Origin: Candidatus Altimarinota bacterium
GTDB taxonomy: Bacteria; Patescibacteriota; Gracilibacteria; UBA1369; GCA-2718715
Assembly: GCA_041242255.1 (NCBI GenBank)
Contig: JBESAV010000001.1
Span: 800,001 to 864,000, forward strand
Reading direction: 5' to 3'
DNA length: 64,000 nt
In this document: one piece after another, positions 1 through 9,418 of the stretch
Layout of the letters: every line of letters begins with the position of its first letter
Position numbering within the stretch: the first letter of the stretch is position 1
The notes under the pieces: model-generated
What the model was told of the DNA's origin: nothing
Databases searched by the model: none
The model's input: the letters and a program-made list of their open reading frames with translations, nothing else
Program-made: the position numbers and the translations under genes

Positions 1-1
1 T

Positions 2-283
2 TCTAGCTTCATAATTATGAGACACATCAATCATTAAATTATCCAACCTAAAAGCAGAATGCTCTTCTAAAAATGATTCAACCTCATCACCTAAATCACC
101 AATAAATTTCTCACCATTAATCCTAATACTAAAACCACTTTCACCAACCTCTTCAAATTCCAAAAAACGTAAAACATTACCATCATCCACAAAATCAATA
201 TCACCCTGTTTACTGCTTAAATAGTCACCAAAAGTTTCATCCTTAATCCTCAAACTCTTTAAACCAATATTTTTTAATTTCAT
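2..283 (-). CDS. Hypothetical protein, partial (runs off the window start)
   Basis: ATG at 283; open frame MKLKNIGLKSLRIKDETFGDYL... to the window edge; 3 bp downstream of the lipoprotein stop. Confidence 0.7.
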   Translation of the reverse strand, partial: MKLKNIGLKSLRIKDETFGDYLSSKQGDIDFVDDGNVLRFLEFEEVGESGFSIRINGEKFIGDLGDEVESFLEEHSAFRLDNLMIDVSHNYEAR

Positions 284-286
284 CCT

Positions 287-745
287 TTACTCAAATGTTA
301 GATATCCCCCCAAGTCAAAAGCCCTATCCATAAGCTCAGATTGCAAATCACTCTCCTCGTTCAACAAATTACCAAAACTAAAAAGAAACTCACTATCTTC
401 ACTTCTAGAAACATGAGGCAAATTACTCAAGTTAGCCTGAACCAAATCTCTTTCATGAACATTCAAAACAGCTACAACCTCACCTTCAGATATAAACTCT
501 ACTCTCTTAACAGTTCCGAACTGATTCGACCCATCCAATTCAACAACCTCAGATTCATACCCCTCCATCGCATCTGGAAGCCTTAAACTAATATCATAGT
601 CAGTATTCGTATACCAAACAGCTATCTCACCATTATCGACAAACATACTAGTTTCGTCAGTCACTCCATCTGAACTTTCATCTGAAAACCAATTACAACC
701 AGCTAAAGATACAATAACCAAACTTAATAATAAAAACTTTTTCAT
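287..745 (-). CDS. Putative lipoprotein
   Basis: Signal peptide with lipobox MKKFLLLSLVIVSLAG-C. Confidence 0.75.
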   Translation of the reverse strand: MKKFLLLSLVIVSLAGCNWFSDESSDGVTDETSMFVDNGEIAVWYTNTDYDISLRLPDAMEGYESEVVELDGSNQFGTVKRVEFISEGEVVAVLNVHERDLVQANLSNLPHVSRSEDSEFLFSFGNLLNEESDLQSELMDRAFDLGGYLTFE

Positions 746-752
746 AATAAAA

Positions 753-2645
753 TTATTTAATAATTACTTTTACAAATTTCCTCTTACCGACACGTAACAC
801 AAACTCTCCCTTTTCATCAAAAGAAAAATTCACATCCTTAACCTGCTCTTCATCCAACCTCACACCTCCTTGCTTTATCAACCTCCTAGCCTCACCACCG
901 GACTTCACAAAATCATTCTCACGCATAAAATCAATCAAACCACATCCCTTATCAACTTTCACTTCAGGCATATCCTCAGGCTCATCACCCTCTTGGAAAA
1001 CTTTTACAAAGTGATCCCGAGCTCTATCAGCATCTTTCGCAGAATCATAAAGCTCAACAACCTTCCATGCTAATTCCATTTTCAGATCTCTAGGATTAAC
1101 CTCAGGATCATCCAGCTGAACCTTAATACGATTCAACTCCTCTCTTGAAACCATGGTAGACACAGAGTAATAAGTTAAAATCGCAGAATCAGGAATCGAC
1201 ATAATCTTTCCAAATTTATCTTCAGGCTTATCATCAAAGGCAATAAAATTCCCTAAACTCTTCCCCATCTTCTGAGTTCCATCTGTCCCGACCAAAAGCT
1301 CCATCGCAATCAAGTCTTGCGGCCTCATACCTTCATTCTCCATCAAAGGACGCGCCTGTAACTCATTAAAAGTCTGATCATTACCAATAACAGTTAAATC
1401 AGTTTTCAACACAACAGAATCATACCCTTGCAATAAAGGATAAACTAACTCATGCAGTCCAATCCCCTTACCATCCTCAATCCGCTTCTGAAACATATCT
1501 CTCTCCAACATACGAGCTACAGTTGTTTGCCCAAGCAATCTGATAAAATCATCTACACTCATTTCATCATACCAATCTCCATTATAAACAATCTCTATAT
1601 TATTCTCAGTATCTAAAATCCTTGAAACCATATTCAAGTATTCCTTAGCATTTTCTTTTACTTCCTCTTTGGTAAGTAGCTTTCTTGAATCAGACTTATC
1701 AGTCGGATCTCCAAGCCTAGCCGTAAAACTTCCAATCAAAAAGACAATAGTATGGCCCCTTTTCTGAAACTCCCTCATTTTTATATAATTCACCCCATGC
1801 CCGATATGCAACATTGAACCAGTAGGATCTACACCATGTTTAATTCTTAACTTTTCTCCATCAATCAACCGTGCCATCAAATTATCCTTTACCAAAACAT
1901 TTGCTACACCTCTCTCAAGCAGATCAGAATAATCTTTATATCTATCCCTACGTGCAACTGCTTCTTCAGACAAATTCATTGCACCTTCTTGAGAGTTCTC
2001 ATTTAAAACTTGATACTGAAAGTTATCAAATTCAAAGAAATCACCTAAGTGACTTTCAAAATCTTTAATTAACTTAGCCACCTTATCAGCAGAGCCATTA
2101 AATTCAATTCTAAACAAAACATTCTTTGTGGTTTCTCTTATCTTTTGCTCATCTGACTGCTTACAAACCCATCCATTGCAAAGCACTTCATTTTCATCAG
2201 CAAAAACAACTCCATCTTCTAATTCAATGTATTTATCTTTATTTAATTGTCTAAACTTATCTCCTTTTATAGCATTACGTAATTCCAATTTTTCCCCCAA
2301 TCTATCCAGATCATAACCACCAAGACAGATTAAATTTTCATATCCGAACAAATTATAAACATCAATTATTGGATTCCTTAAATACAAACTCTTCCCTCTA
2401 ACAACTAGATCACCCAAAGACTCCAAAGATGGCTTATCATTACTAAGTCCAAAAAGATCCATAGCTTTTTTATATTCTGAAATCTCTTTACTATTATCTC
2501 TTTTTCTAAAAGATTCTTCAGCTTTAAGAAATTTTTCTTCTAATTCACTATCATCAACTTTCAATTTCATATTCTCCGCAACCACAAAAACGCTCTGTAA
2601 AGCCGGATGCTTCTGCAGTAACTCAGGAGATAAATGTAATTTCAT
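753..2645 (-). CDS. tyrS: Tyrosyl-tRNA synthetase with N-terminal B3/B4 (PheRS-beta editing-like) domain and C-terminal S4 domain
   Basis: GVDPTGSMLHIGH, YPLLQGYD, GNDQTFN, KMGKS, S4 tail SGGEARRLIKQGGV; first ~220 aa resemble B3/4 (NPIIDVYN..GGYDLD..VFADENEVLC..W..KQS..KIRETTKNVLFRIE). Confidence 0.93.
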   Translation of the reverse strand: MKLHLSPELLQKHPALQSVFVVAENMKLKVDDSELEEKFLKAEESFRKRDNSKEISEYKKAMDLFGLSNDKPSLESLGDLVVRGKSLYLRNPIIDVYNLFGYENLICLGGYDLDRLGEKLELRNAIKGDKFRQLNKDKYIELEDGVVFADENEVLCNGWVCKQSDEQKIRETTKNVLFRIEFNGSADKVAKLIKDFESHLGDFFEFDNFQYQVLNENSQEGAMNLSEEAVARRDRYKDYSDLLERGVANVLVKDNLMARLIDGEKLRIKHGVDPTGSMLHIGHGVNYIKMREFQKRGHTIVFLIGSFTARLGDPTDKSDSRKLLTKEEVKENAKEYLNMVSRILDTENNIEIVYNGDWYDEMSVDDFIRLLGQTTVARMLERDMFQKRIEDGKGIGLHELVYPLLQGYDSVVLKTDLTVIGNDQTFNELQARPLMENEGMRPQDLIAMELLVGTDGTQKMGKSLGNFIAFDDKPEDKFGKIMSIPDSAILTYYSVSTMVSREELNRIKVQLDDPEVNPRDLKMELAWKVVELYDSAKDADRARDHFVKVFQEGDEPEDMPEVKVDKGCGLIDFMRENDFVKSGGEARRLIKQGGVRLDEEQVKDVNFSFDEKGEFVLRVGKRKFVKVIIK

Positions 2646-2767
2646 ATAAATACTTAAACTTACTAGACATAACTTACCTTAAAAAACCTAAAATATGAAG
2701 ACATCTACAACTGAAATAGATTGTAAAAAAGGCAATTTTCTCCTAAATTAAACCTATAAAAAAACTG

Positions 2768-3790
2768 ATGAACAAAACTCCAAAAGTAACCCTTGGTATA
2801 ATCTCCTACAAGGATATTCCTTATTTAGAAATATCCTTACCACTACTTTTAAAACAGAACTATTCCAACTACGAGATAATTATCTGCGACAATAACCCTG
2901 ACCAAAAGACAACCCATTGGATCAAAAGAAATTTCCCAGAAATAAAAGTTATAAACAAAGATGGCAACATTGGCTTTTCTAAAGGCCATAATAAGATTAT
3001 CAATCAGGCTATAAAGTCAAAGTCTGATTATTACATTGCCTACAACTCAGACATATTCCCATCACCAGATCTCATCCAAAACCTATCTAAATCAATCCAT
3101 CAATCAAAAAACACAGCCATAGTTAGCCCCAAACTCCTCCAATGGAGAAACTTCCCTAATGATCCCACCAAACAAGACCAACAATTCATTGACACAACAG
3201 GTCTGGTTGCAAACCTCAACCATACTTTCCAAGAAAGAGGCTTCAACCAATTAGACAAACAACAATTTGATCAAAAAACAAACATCTGGGGAGCCTCAGG
3301 AGCCTGCCCAATTTTTGACCTAAAACTTATCCAAGAAATCCAATACAACCAACAAACCTTTGATGAAAACTTCTTTATGTACAAAGAAGACATCGACCTT
3401 TCTTACCGAATTAGATGGAATGGCTATAAGGTTAAGTTTTGCCCTCAAGCCGTTGCCTGGCACAACCGAACAGGAAAAGACCCAGGAAACTTATTTAAAC
3501 AAATCCAAGAAAGGAGAAAAAGACCAAAATACATAGTCACAAATTCATTCTTAAACCACCTCCAACTATTCTATAAAAATTATGATAAAAACTTTACAAT
3601 ATCTACAAAGTTAAAGATCTACACTTCCTTATCTAAATACTTTCTTTATGTGCTTATATTCTCACCTTCAACTCTCTTGCAACTCAAAAAATTCTTCAAA
3701 TTAATACCTGACATCAAAAAAAGAAAACAAAATATTAAAAAAGCTATTAGCACTCAAGACATGGAATCTCTCATAAAAACCCTAAAATAA
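2768..3790 (+). CDS. Family 2 glycosyltransferase
   Basis: IIICDNN, NIGFSKGHN, YNSD, GASGA, FDENFFMYKEDIDLSYR. Confidence 0.9.
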   Translation: MNKTPKVTLGIISYKDIPYLEISLPLLLKQNYSNYEIIICDNNPDQKTTHWIKRNFPEIKVINKDGNIGFSKGHNKIINQAIKSKSDYYIAYNSDIFPSPDLIQNLSKSIHQSKNTAIVSPKLLQWRNFPNDPTKQDQQFIDTTGLVANLNHTFQERGFNQLDKQQFDQKTNIWGASGACPIFDLKLIQEIQYNQQTFDENFFMYKEDIDLSYRIRWNGYKVKFCPQAVAWHNRTGKDPGNLFKQIQERRKRPKYIVTNSFLNHLQLFYKNYDKNFTISTKLKIYTSLSKYFLYVLIFSPSTLLQLKKFFKLIPDIKKRKQNIKKAISTQDMESLIKTLK

Positions 3791-4641
3791 TGAAAGCCAA
3801 AAACTTAGCCATCATAATACTACAGCACAATACACCTGAGCATGTCAGCAACAACTTAGCAAAGCTCCAACAAGCTGAACTTCCAGAAAACACTGAAATT
3901 ATTGTTGTAAACAACGGAGGAAACCAAGCTAACCAGAAAGTTAAATCAGAATCTTACAACCAACTAAATGTAAAATTCTTCGATACTCCAAACCACGGGT
4001 TCCCTGCCGGAAATAACTTTGGAATGGAACAACTCCAAAACCCTATCTCAAAGTATGATTTTATTGCTTTCATTAATCCAGATATTCAAATCCAACCTAA
4101 AACCCTAAAACACCTTATTGAATATATGGAAGCAAAACCAAATGTAGGAATAACTTCACCAAAACTAGTTTACCCAGATGGAGTCGTACAAGACAACTAT
4201 AGAGTATTTCCAAAACCACTTGATCTTGTAATCAAACGTGTACCTTTCCTAAGAAAAAGATTTACAAATAGAATGCGTAAATACCTTATGTGGGACCGTA
4301 AAACTAACTCCAACCAAGCAGTAGATTGGGTTACAGGAGCCTTTACATTATTCTCAAGCAAATGCCTACAATCAGTTGGTGAACACAACCAAAAAGATTA
4401 CTTTCTTTTCATGTCTGATGTAGAAATATGTCGCAAAGCATGGGAAGAAGGATACGAAGTACATATAGTAGGCTCAACTAAAGCACTCCACAACGACCAA
4501 AGAGTTTCTTCTGGTGGCATGAAAGACATATTCACAAAAAAAATTATAAGAATTCACATTTGGGACAGTATAAAGTATTTTGCAAAAAATATATTCAAAC
4601 CTCTACCAAAAAACGCTCCTTCTAACCAAACAAACTCATGA
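3790..4641 (+). CDS. Family 2 glycosyltransferase (rhamnosyltransferase-like)
   Basis: NHGFPAGNN, FINPD, VDWVTGAF, YFLFMSDVEIC; TGA stop overlaps the next ATG. Confidence 0.88.
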   Translation: MKAKNLAIIILQHNTPEHVSNNLAKLQQAELPENTEIIVVNNGGNQANQKVKSESYNQLNVKFFDTPNHGFPAGNNFGMEQLQNPISKYDFIAFINPDIQIQPKTLKHLIEYMEAKPNVGITSPKLVYPDGVVQDNYRVFPKPLDLVIKRVPFLRKRFTNRMRKYLMWDRKTNSNQAVDWVTGAFTLFSSKCLQSVGEHNQKDYFLFMSDVEICRKAWEEGYEVHIVGSTKALHNDQRVSSGGMKDIFTKKIIRIHIWDSIKYFAKNIFKPLPKNAPSNQTNS

Positions 4642-5573
4642 AAATCAAAATCAACTCAGAACAATCCAACCAAAGAATTGATGCCTTCCTATCAAGCCTC
4701 ATACCCGAAAAAAGCCGTTCTCAAATCCAAAAACTAATCAAAGATGAACTAGTTCTCATCAACAACACCTCAACCAAAAAAAATTACCAACTACAAGAAA
4801 ACGACACTTTAGAAATCCTAGAAGTACCAAAGACTAAAAACCCTCTAAAACCAATCAAGAAGCCACTTGATATAATTTTTGAAAACGATGACATCTTAGT
4901 TATAAATAAACCAGCCAACTTGAGCGTTCATCAAGATATTCAAGGACACCAAAAAGAAACCCTGATTAACTGGCTACTAGGAAACGATATCACACTAAGC
5001 TCTATAGGTGGAATTCATCGACCAGGTATAGTACACAGACTTGATAAAGACACTTCAGGCGTACTCATAATCGCCAAAAACGATAAAACCCACCACTTTC
5101 TCCAACAACAATTCGCCGACCGAGCAGTCGACAAAACCTACTTAACCCTAGTTGACGGAACACCACCAACCAAAACAGGAACAATCAACTCACCTATAAC
5201 TCGTGACCTGGTAGACCGTAAAAAAATGAAAGTCAGTTCATCAAGTAAAGCTCGCCCATCAGTCACACATTTCAAAACAATCCAAACTTATCACGTTCCC
5301 AATTCAACAAAGAAATGTTCACTCCTTAAAGTACAAATCGAAACTGGCCGAACCCATCAGATCAGAGTCCACATGGCCTCAATCGGACATCCAGTTATAG
5401 GAGATGACAAATACGGCTCAACTAAAATCAACCAACTTTTCAAACCACTTGGCCTAAAAAGACAATTCTTACACGCCCACAAGCTTAAACTAAAAATAAA
5501 CAATTCAGAAAATAAATCATTTACATCTGAACTACCAACAGACCTTCAGTCAGTCCTTGAAAAACTTAACTAG
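4638..5573 (+). CDS. rluD: RluA/RluD-family pseudouridine synthase
   Basis: N-terminal S4 domain, INKPANL, HRLDKDTSG, TGRTHQIRVH, QFLHA. Confidence 0.88.
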   Translation: MKIKINSEQSNQRIDAFLSSLIPEKSRSQIQKLIKDELVLINNTSTKKNYQLQENDTLEILEVPKTKNPLKPIKKPLDIIFENDDILVINKPANLSVHQDIQGHQKETLINWLLGNDITLSSIGGIHRPGIVHRLDKDTSGVLIIAKNDKTHHFLQQQFADRAVDKTYLTLVDGTPPTKTGTINSPITRDLVDRKKMKVSSSSKARPSVTHFKTIQTYHVPNSTKKCSLLKVQIETGRTHQIRVHMASIGHPVIGDDKYGSTKINQLFKPLGLKRQFLHAHKLKLKINNSENKSFTSELPTDLQSVLEKLN

Positions 5574-5905
5574 TCAGTAATAAACTCTTTGGCAATTAAA
5601 AATTTATAAACCATAATAATTAGATTATCCCTATTTTTAAGAGGCAATGAGTATTCATCATTCACTAAGATATAAAGATAACGCATAAACTTTTCGTCTA
5701 TCAAGCATTTCTCTACTCCCCTCTTAATGTAAGCCACATATGAAGGAACAACCTTCTTTTTTTTATTTGGGAGATCATCCATACCCCTCTCCACAAAACC
5801 TTGAATAGCTAACCCCATTTTTTTTATCCGGTCTGAATGAAACTCATAACTATCGCCTTCAAATTCATATCCAAAATAGTCTGGATCAATTGCTAACTTT
5901 GCCAT
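5570..5905 (-). CDS. Hypothetical protein (orphan island)
   Basis: 111-aa ORF with its own promoter-like motif. Confidence 0.65.
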   Translation of the reverse strand: MAKLAIDPDYFGYEFEGDSYEFHSDRIKKMGLAIQGFVERGMDDLPNKKKKVVPSYVAYIKRGVEKCLIDEKFMRYLYILVNDEYSLPLKNRDNLIIMVYKFLIAKEFITD

Positions 5906-5927
5906 TTTTCAAATATTAATTTTTTAA

Positions 5928-5956
5928 AAAATAACAAAAACTCTAAATCTGTCAAG
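5928..5956 (-). promoter_or_regulatory. Sigma70-like promoter CTTGACA-16bp-TATTTT (extended TG)
   Basis: -35 at 5955-5950, -10 at 5933-5928; abuts the stop codon at 5957. Confidence 0.6.
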
Positions 5957-6754
5957 CTACAAGCTAATTATACTAGAATGATACTTTTGACTTATTTTAC
6001 TTATCAAAAGCTCCCTAAATTCGTCATTCACCATAAGCACTCCACCAGAAGATAAAAATTTTAGAATCAATCCTAGAGCCTTAAGTCTTACTTCATTAAA
6101 AGACACTTCAATAACTAAAGTCTCTAAACAATACATATGATCTACAACTTCAGACAATACAACTCCAAAATCATGTTCATTTAAATGACATTTAAACTCC
6201 AGTCTTTTTAAATGAGTATTGTTTCTAGCAAAAGCAGAAAAGTGCGCTACATCTCCAAAGATATCTTCATAAGGTGACACATCGCCAAACACGAAACTTT
6301 CTTGCGAAGGTAACACCCTTATATTTTCCAACATCCCCCACCTAAATCTTGTAAGATCAACCTCTGTATCATCGTTACTATGCAGCAATTCTATATTATT
6401 ATACTTAGCAAATGCCATCATTATCTCCCAAAAGTGATTAGGAATATCCATATTCACAAATGAAACCTTCTTTAAAAAACGCATGTAAGGATTAGAAATC
6501 GTAAACCCTAAAAAGTTAACTTCAAATCTACATTTATTAAACTCAATCTCTCGAACTCCATTACTAATCATAAAAGAAAGAACACGTACAATATCCTCAT
6601 TTATAAAGCTACAATCAACAAACTTAACCACACTTACAGACTCAAGACTATCGCCTAGATTATCAACCACTTCTTCATAAAACTTCAAATCAGATACTTC
6701 TATAGAGCTACCTAATTCTATTATATCTTTATTATGAAACTCTTTCGATTCCAT
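5957..6754 (-). CDS. Hypothetical protein, leucine-rich-repeat (RNI-like) candidate
   Basis: Recurrent LxxLxF/I beta motifs (VREIEFNKC, LKKVSFVNM, LKRLEFKC, LETLVIE). Confidence 0.5.
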   Translation of the reverse strand: MESKEFHNKDIIELGSSIEVSDLKFYEEVVDNLGDSLESVSVVKFVDCSFINEDIVRVLSFMISNGVREIEFNKCRFEVNFLGFTISNPYMRFLKKVSFVNMDIPNHFWEIMMAFAKYNNIELLHSNDDTEVDLTRFRWGMLENIRVLPSQESFVFGDVSPYEDIFGDVAHFSAFARNNTHLKRLEFKCHLNEHDFGVVLSEVVDHMYCLETLVIEVSFNEVRLKALGLILKFLSSGGVLMVNDEFRELLISKISQKYHSSIISL

Positions 6755-7688
6755 CTTGTGTATTAAATTTAAACACCTCTACTCGATATTTATCATTATA
6801 TTTCTGGAAAACATCCATCAAAATATTATACTCTTCTTCTGAATACTCAACCAAGATTGGCTCTAATGTAGTTTCATAATTTAGGTACAATAAATTCTCA
6901 AAAAGATGATCAAGATAAACTTTATCACATGACAAACTTGACCCTGAAAAATTAACATTTACTCTACCAAAAAACTCATACCTTATATGTGATGTTCCTG
7001 TACTAGACTTTTGAACAACAACTCCCTCTGGAAACAACCCTATAAAACGCTTCAATCGCCTAGGAGAAAGCACCACACCACTAATACAATCAACATCCTC
7101 CAGGGTAAACTTCCCTATACCAGCATCAGCTTCTAAATCAAAATCACACCCAAAACTCTTATTGAGATAAGTAAACAACTTATCTTTAGCTTCATCGTTA
7201 GCAAATTCCAAAACATTAACAACACCATTCAAATACTCAGCAATTTTCAACCTATCCGATGCAGTAAATTTATCTATTGGAAACCCATCCATTACTAATA
7301 TAATTTCATCAATATTATAAACTTCTAACCTACTACCCTGAAAATTAGTCAAAAACTCATAAACACCACCTGGCCTTAGGAATAGAATTTCACCCTCAAC
7401 ATATTTTCTTTCTGAAATAGGCTCTGAAGAATCACCTACAGAAGCAACTACTTCAACTTTTTCGATTACTCTCTCTACTACAGACTCTATAATTTTTTCT
7501 TCATCTTCACTCTCTAGAATAACATCAAGATACATCTTCAAAACTTCGAGGTGAAGACTCTCACTTAAAAGATCAAACCAAAAGTCAACATCAACACCTA
7601 ATAATCTTTCTTCAATATAAGCATCATCATTTCCACTCAACTCATTTGCCAACAAATCTGACATCTGACTTATAAATAATTTTTTCAT
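6732..7688 (-). CDS. Hypothetical protein with internal HicA-like segment
   Basis: LSPRRLKRFIGLFPEGVVVQKSSTGTSHIRYE...KVYLDHLFENL resembles HicA (helix, GSH, beta strands, helix). Confidence 0.5.
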   Translation of the reverse strand: MKKLFISQMSDLLANELSGNDDAYIEERLLGVDVDFWFDLLSESLHLEVLKMYLDVILESEDEEKIIESVVERVIEKVEVVASVGDSSEPISERKYVEGEILFLRPGGVYEFLTNFQGSRLEVYNIDEIILVMDGFPIDKFTASDRLKIAEYLNGVVNVLEFANDEAKDKLFTYLNKSFGCDFDLEADAGIGKFTLEDVDCISGVVLSPRRLKRFIGLFPEGVVVQKSSTGTSHIRYEFFGRVNVNFSGSSLSCDKVYLDHLFENLLYLNYETTLEPILVEYSEEEYNILMDVFQKYNDKYRVEVFKFNTQDGIERVS

Positions 7689-8413
7689 TATAACTCTTTA
7701 ATTATACTCGCATACTTGCTTTGCAATTCAATTTTTTCTGAAATCAAATCTAACAATTTTTCATTTAATTCATCTACAGACTCAACCTCATCATTTACTT
7801 CAACAAACATAACAAAAGAATCATCTATAAAACCCTTCATATCCTCACCAGCAAAGAACCTTGCAAACTTCAGAGGACTCCCCTTCACTGATTTATATTT
7901 TGCCAAGAACTCTAACATATCTTTACTATAAAACTCACCTAATTCACTATTAAGATCTATTAGTTTTTCCAACATTCCACGAACATCAGCTCCAAACTCT
8001 TCTTTTAAAGTATCTAATGTCTTTGGCAATCTAAGTTCAGCTACAGAATTCTGTTCAGTGATATTTTGATCGATCTTCAACTCTACAACTTCAATATCTT
8101 TTAAAATGACTTCAAATCTTGAAGCAATAGCTTCAACAATTGGATCAAACTGACCAATCTTTTCTAACTTCGAAGACAACTCCTCATAAGATTGGTTTAG
8201 GCCGAGCATTTCTACTTTTGCTTCTTCAATAACACCCAACCGACTCATAGCAGATTGTATAGATCCAATTAAATCTTGAGGCGATACCTCATAGTTTTCA
8301 TCTAAAACTGAAGAGTTCAATAAACCACTTTTTTCTTCTCTCTCTGAAGAAACTCTTCCATAATCTCTTTCAATTTCACTCTTTATATCTTCCCAATCTT
8401 TGATACTAAACAT
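7688..8413 (-). CDS. Hypothetical coiled-coil protein
   Basis: 241-aa E/K/L-rich helical ORF overlapping both neighbours. Confidence 0.65.
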   Translation of the reverse strand: MFSIKDWEDIKSEIERDYGRVSSEREEKSGLLNSSVLDENYEVSPQDLIGSIQSAMSRLGVIEEAKVEMLGLNQSYEELSSKLEKIGQFDPIVEAIASRFEVILKDIEVVELKIDQNITEQNSVAELRLPKTLDTLKEEFGADVRGMLEKLIDLNSELGEFYSKDMLEFLAKYKSVKGSPLKFARFFAGEDMKGFIDDSFVMFVEVNDEVESVDELNEKLLDLISEKIELQSKYASIIKEL

Positions 8414-9368
8414 CTTTAATAATTACATCAACAACTCTACTTATTTCATTAGACACCATATCAACTGTAGATTTATTTTCTTCTAATTCTTGCTTTAAAC
8501 TTATGTACCTTTCTCTTAAACGATTAAACTCCTCTTTTTTCGCATGAAAATCTTGAAGTTGCCCTTCATATTCTCTTCGCACATCCATGGTCATAACAAG
8601 ACTTCTTAGATTTAAAATCAAATCAGATTTTGTGTCAGAATCAATCGATTCAAGCAATTCTCCACAATGAGAAATCAAAACATCCATTTTCATTGCATAT
8701 ATCTCAGATAACTTAACCTGATCCTCTTCAAGCTCTAATCCACGCATGAAAGTTAAAAACCTAGAGTTCAAAGTTTTATATTCTTCATTATCAACATCTC
8801 CAAACCTCAAAATATCAATTAAGCTCTCAAAAGACCCAGATAAAATAGACGCCTCAAGAGAATCCTCATTCGAAAGAATTTGCAACGCTGAAATCCATAA
8901 ATCAACAAAAGACTCAACCTCCTCATCCGACTCAATTAATTCCAAAAAGCTCTTCATCAACCTATAACTACCAGTAATTAAACCCATGTAATTTTCTTTT
9001 GAAAGTTCCACCTCCCTACTATTAATGCGTCGGTCAAGATCCTTTAGAGCTTCTTCTCTTTCCCTATACTCTAACTCTAGAGTATCAAAAGAAATTGCAC
9101 TCAAAGATTCTAACTCTTTTTCTATTTCAATAATTTTTTCATGCAAACTATTATAAACCTCAACATTTACTTCAAATTCTTCGTCATCTCCAAGCTCATC
9201 AAGCTTATTGCTTAACTGCTCAAGGGCATTATATACAAAACCATCAGGCTGCCCTTCCAAAACATCAATGAAATCTCTAACAGACGCCATCAAAACATCT
9301 TGAGCATAACCAAGCTCTAAAGTTTGATGCATAACAACTTCCATCTGAGGTGCTAAATTTAATTTCAT
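8406..9368 (-). CDS. Hypothetical coiled-coil protein; N-terminus resembles sigma54 region I
   Basis: 320-aa ORF with two long heptad stretches. Confidence 0.65.
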   Translation of the reverse strand: MKLNLAPQMEVVMHQTLELGYAQDVLMASVRDFIDVLEGQPDGFVYNALEQLSNKLDELGDDEEFEVNVEVYNSLHEKIIEIEKELESLSAISFDTLELEYREREEALKDLDRRINSREVELSKENYMGLITGSYRLMKSFLELIESDEEVESFVDLWISALQILSNEDSLEASILSGSFESLIDILRFGDVDNEEYKTLNSRFLTFMRGLELEEDQVKLSEIYAMKMDVLISHCGELLESIDSDTKSDLILNLRSLVMTMDVRREYEGQLQDFHAKKEEFNRLRERYISLKQELEENKSTVDMVSNEISRVVDVIIKDV

Positions 9369-9389
9369 AACATTTTTATTTTATACGAC

Positions 9390-9418
9390 ACTTTAAATCT
9401 TTTTTGAGATTTGTCAAG
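9390..9418 (-). promoter_or_regulatory. Sigma70-like promoter CTTGACA-16bp-TAAAGT
   Basis: -35 at 9417-9412 overlaps the TGA stop of the 883-aa ORF; -10 at 9395-9390. Confidence 0.5.

Noticed and set aside
7688-9368. SMC/Wadjet or Lamassu-type system from the two coiled-coil genes
   Set aside because: Neither protein has a Walker A/B or ABC signature
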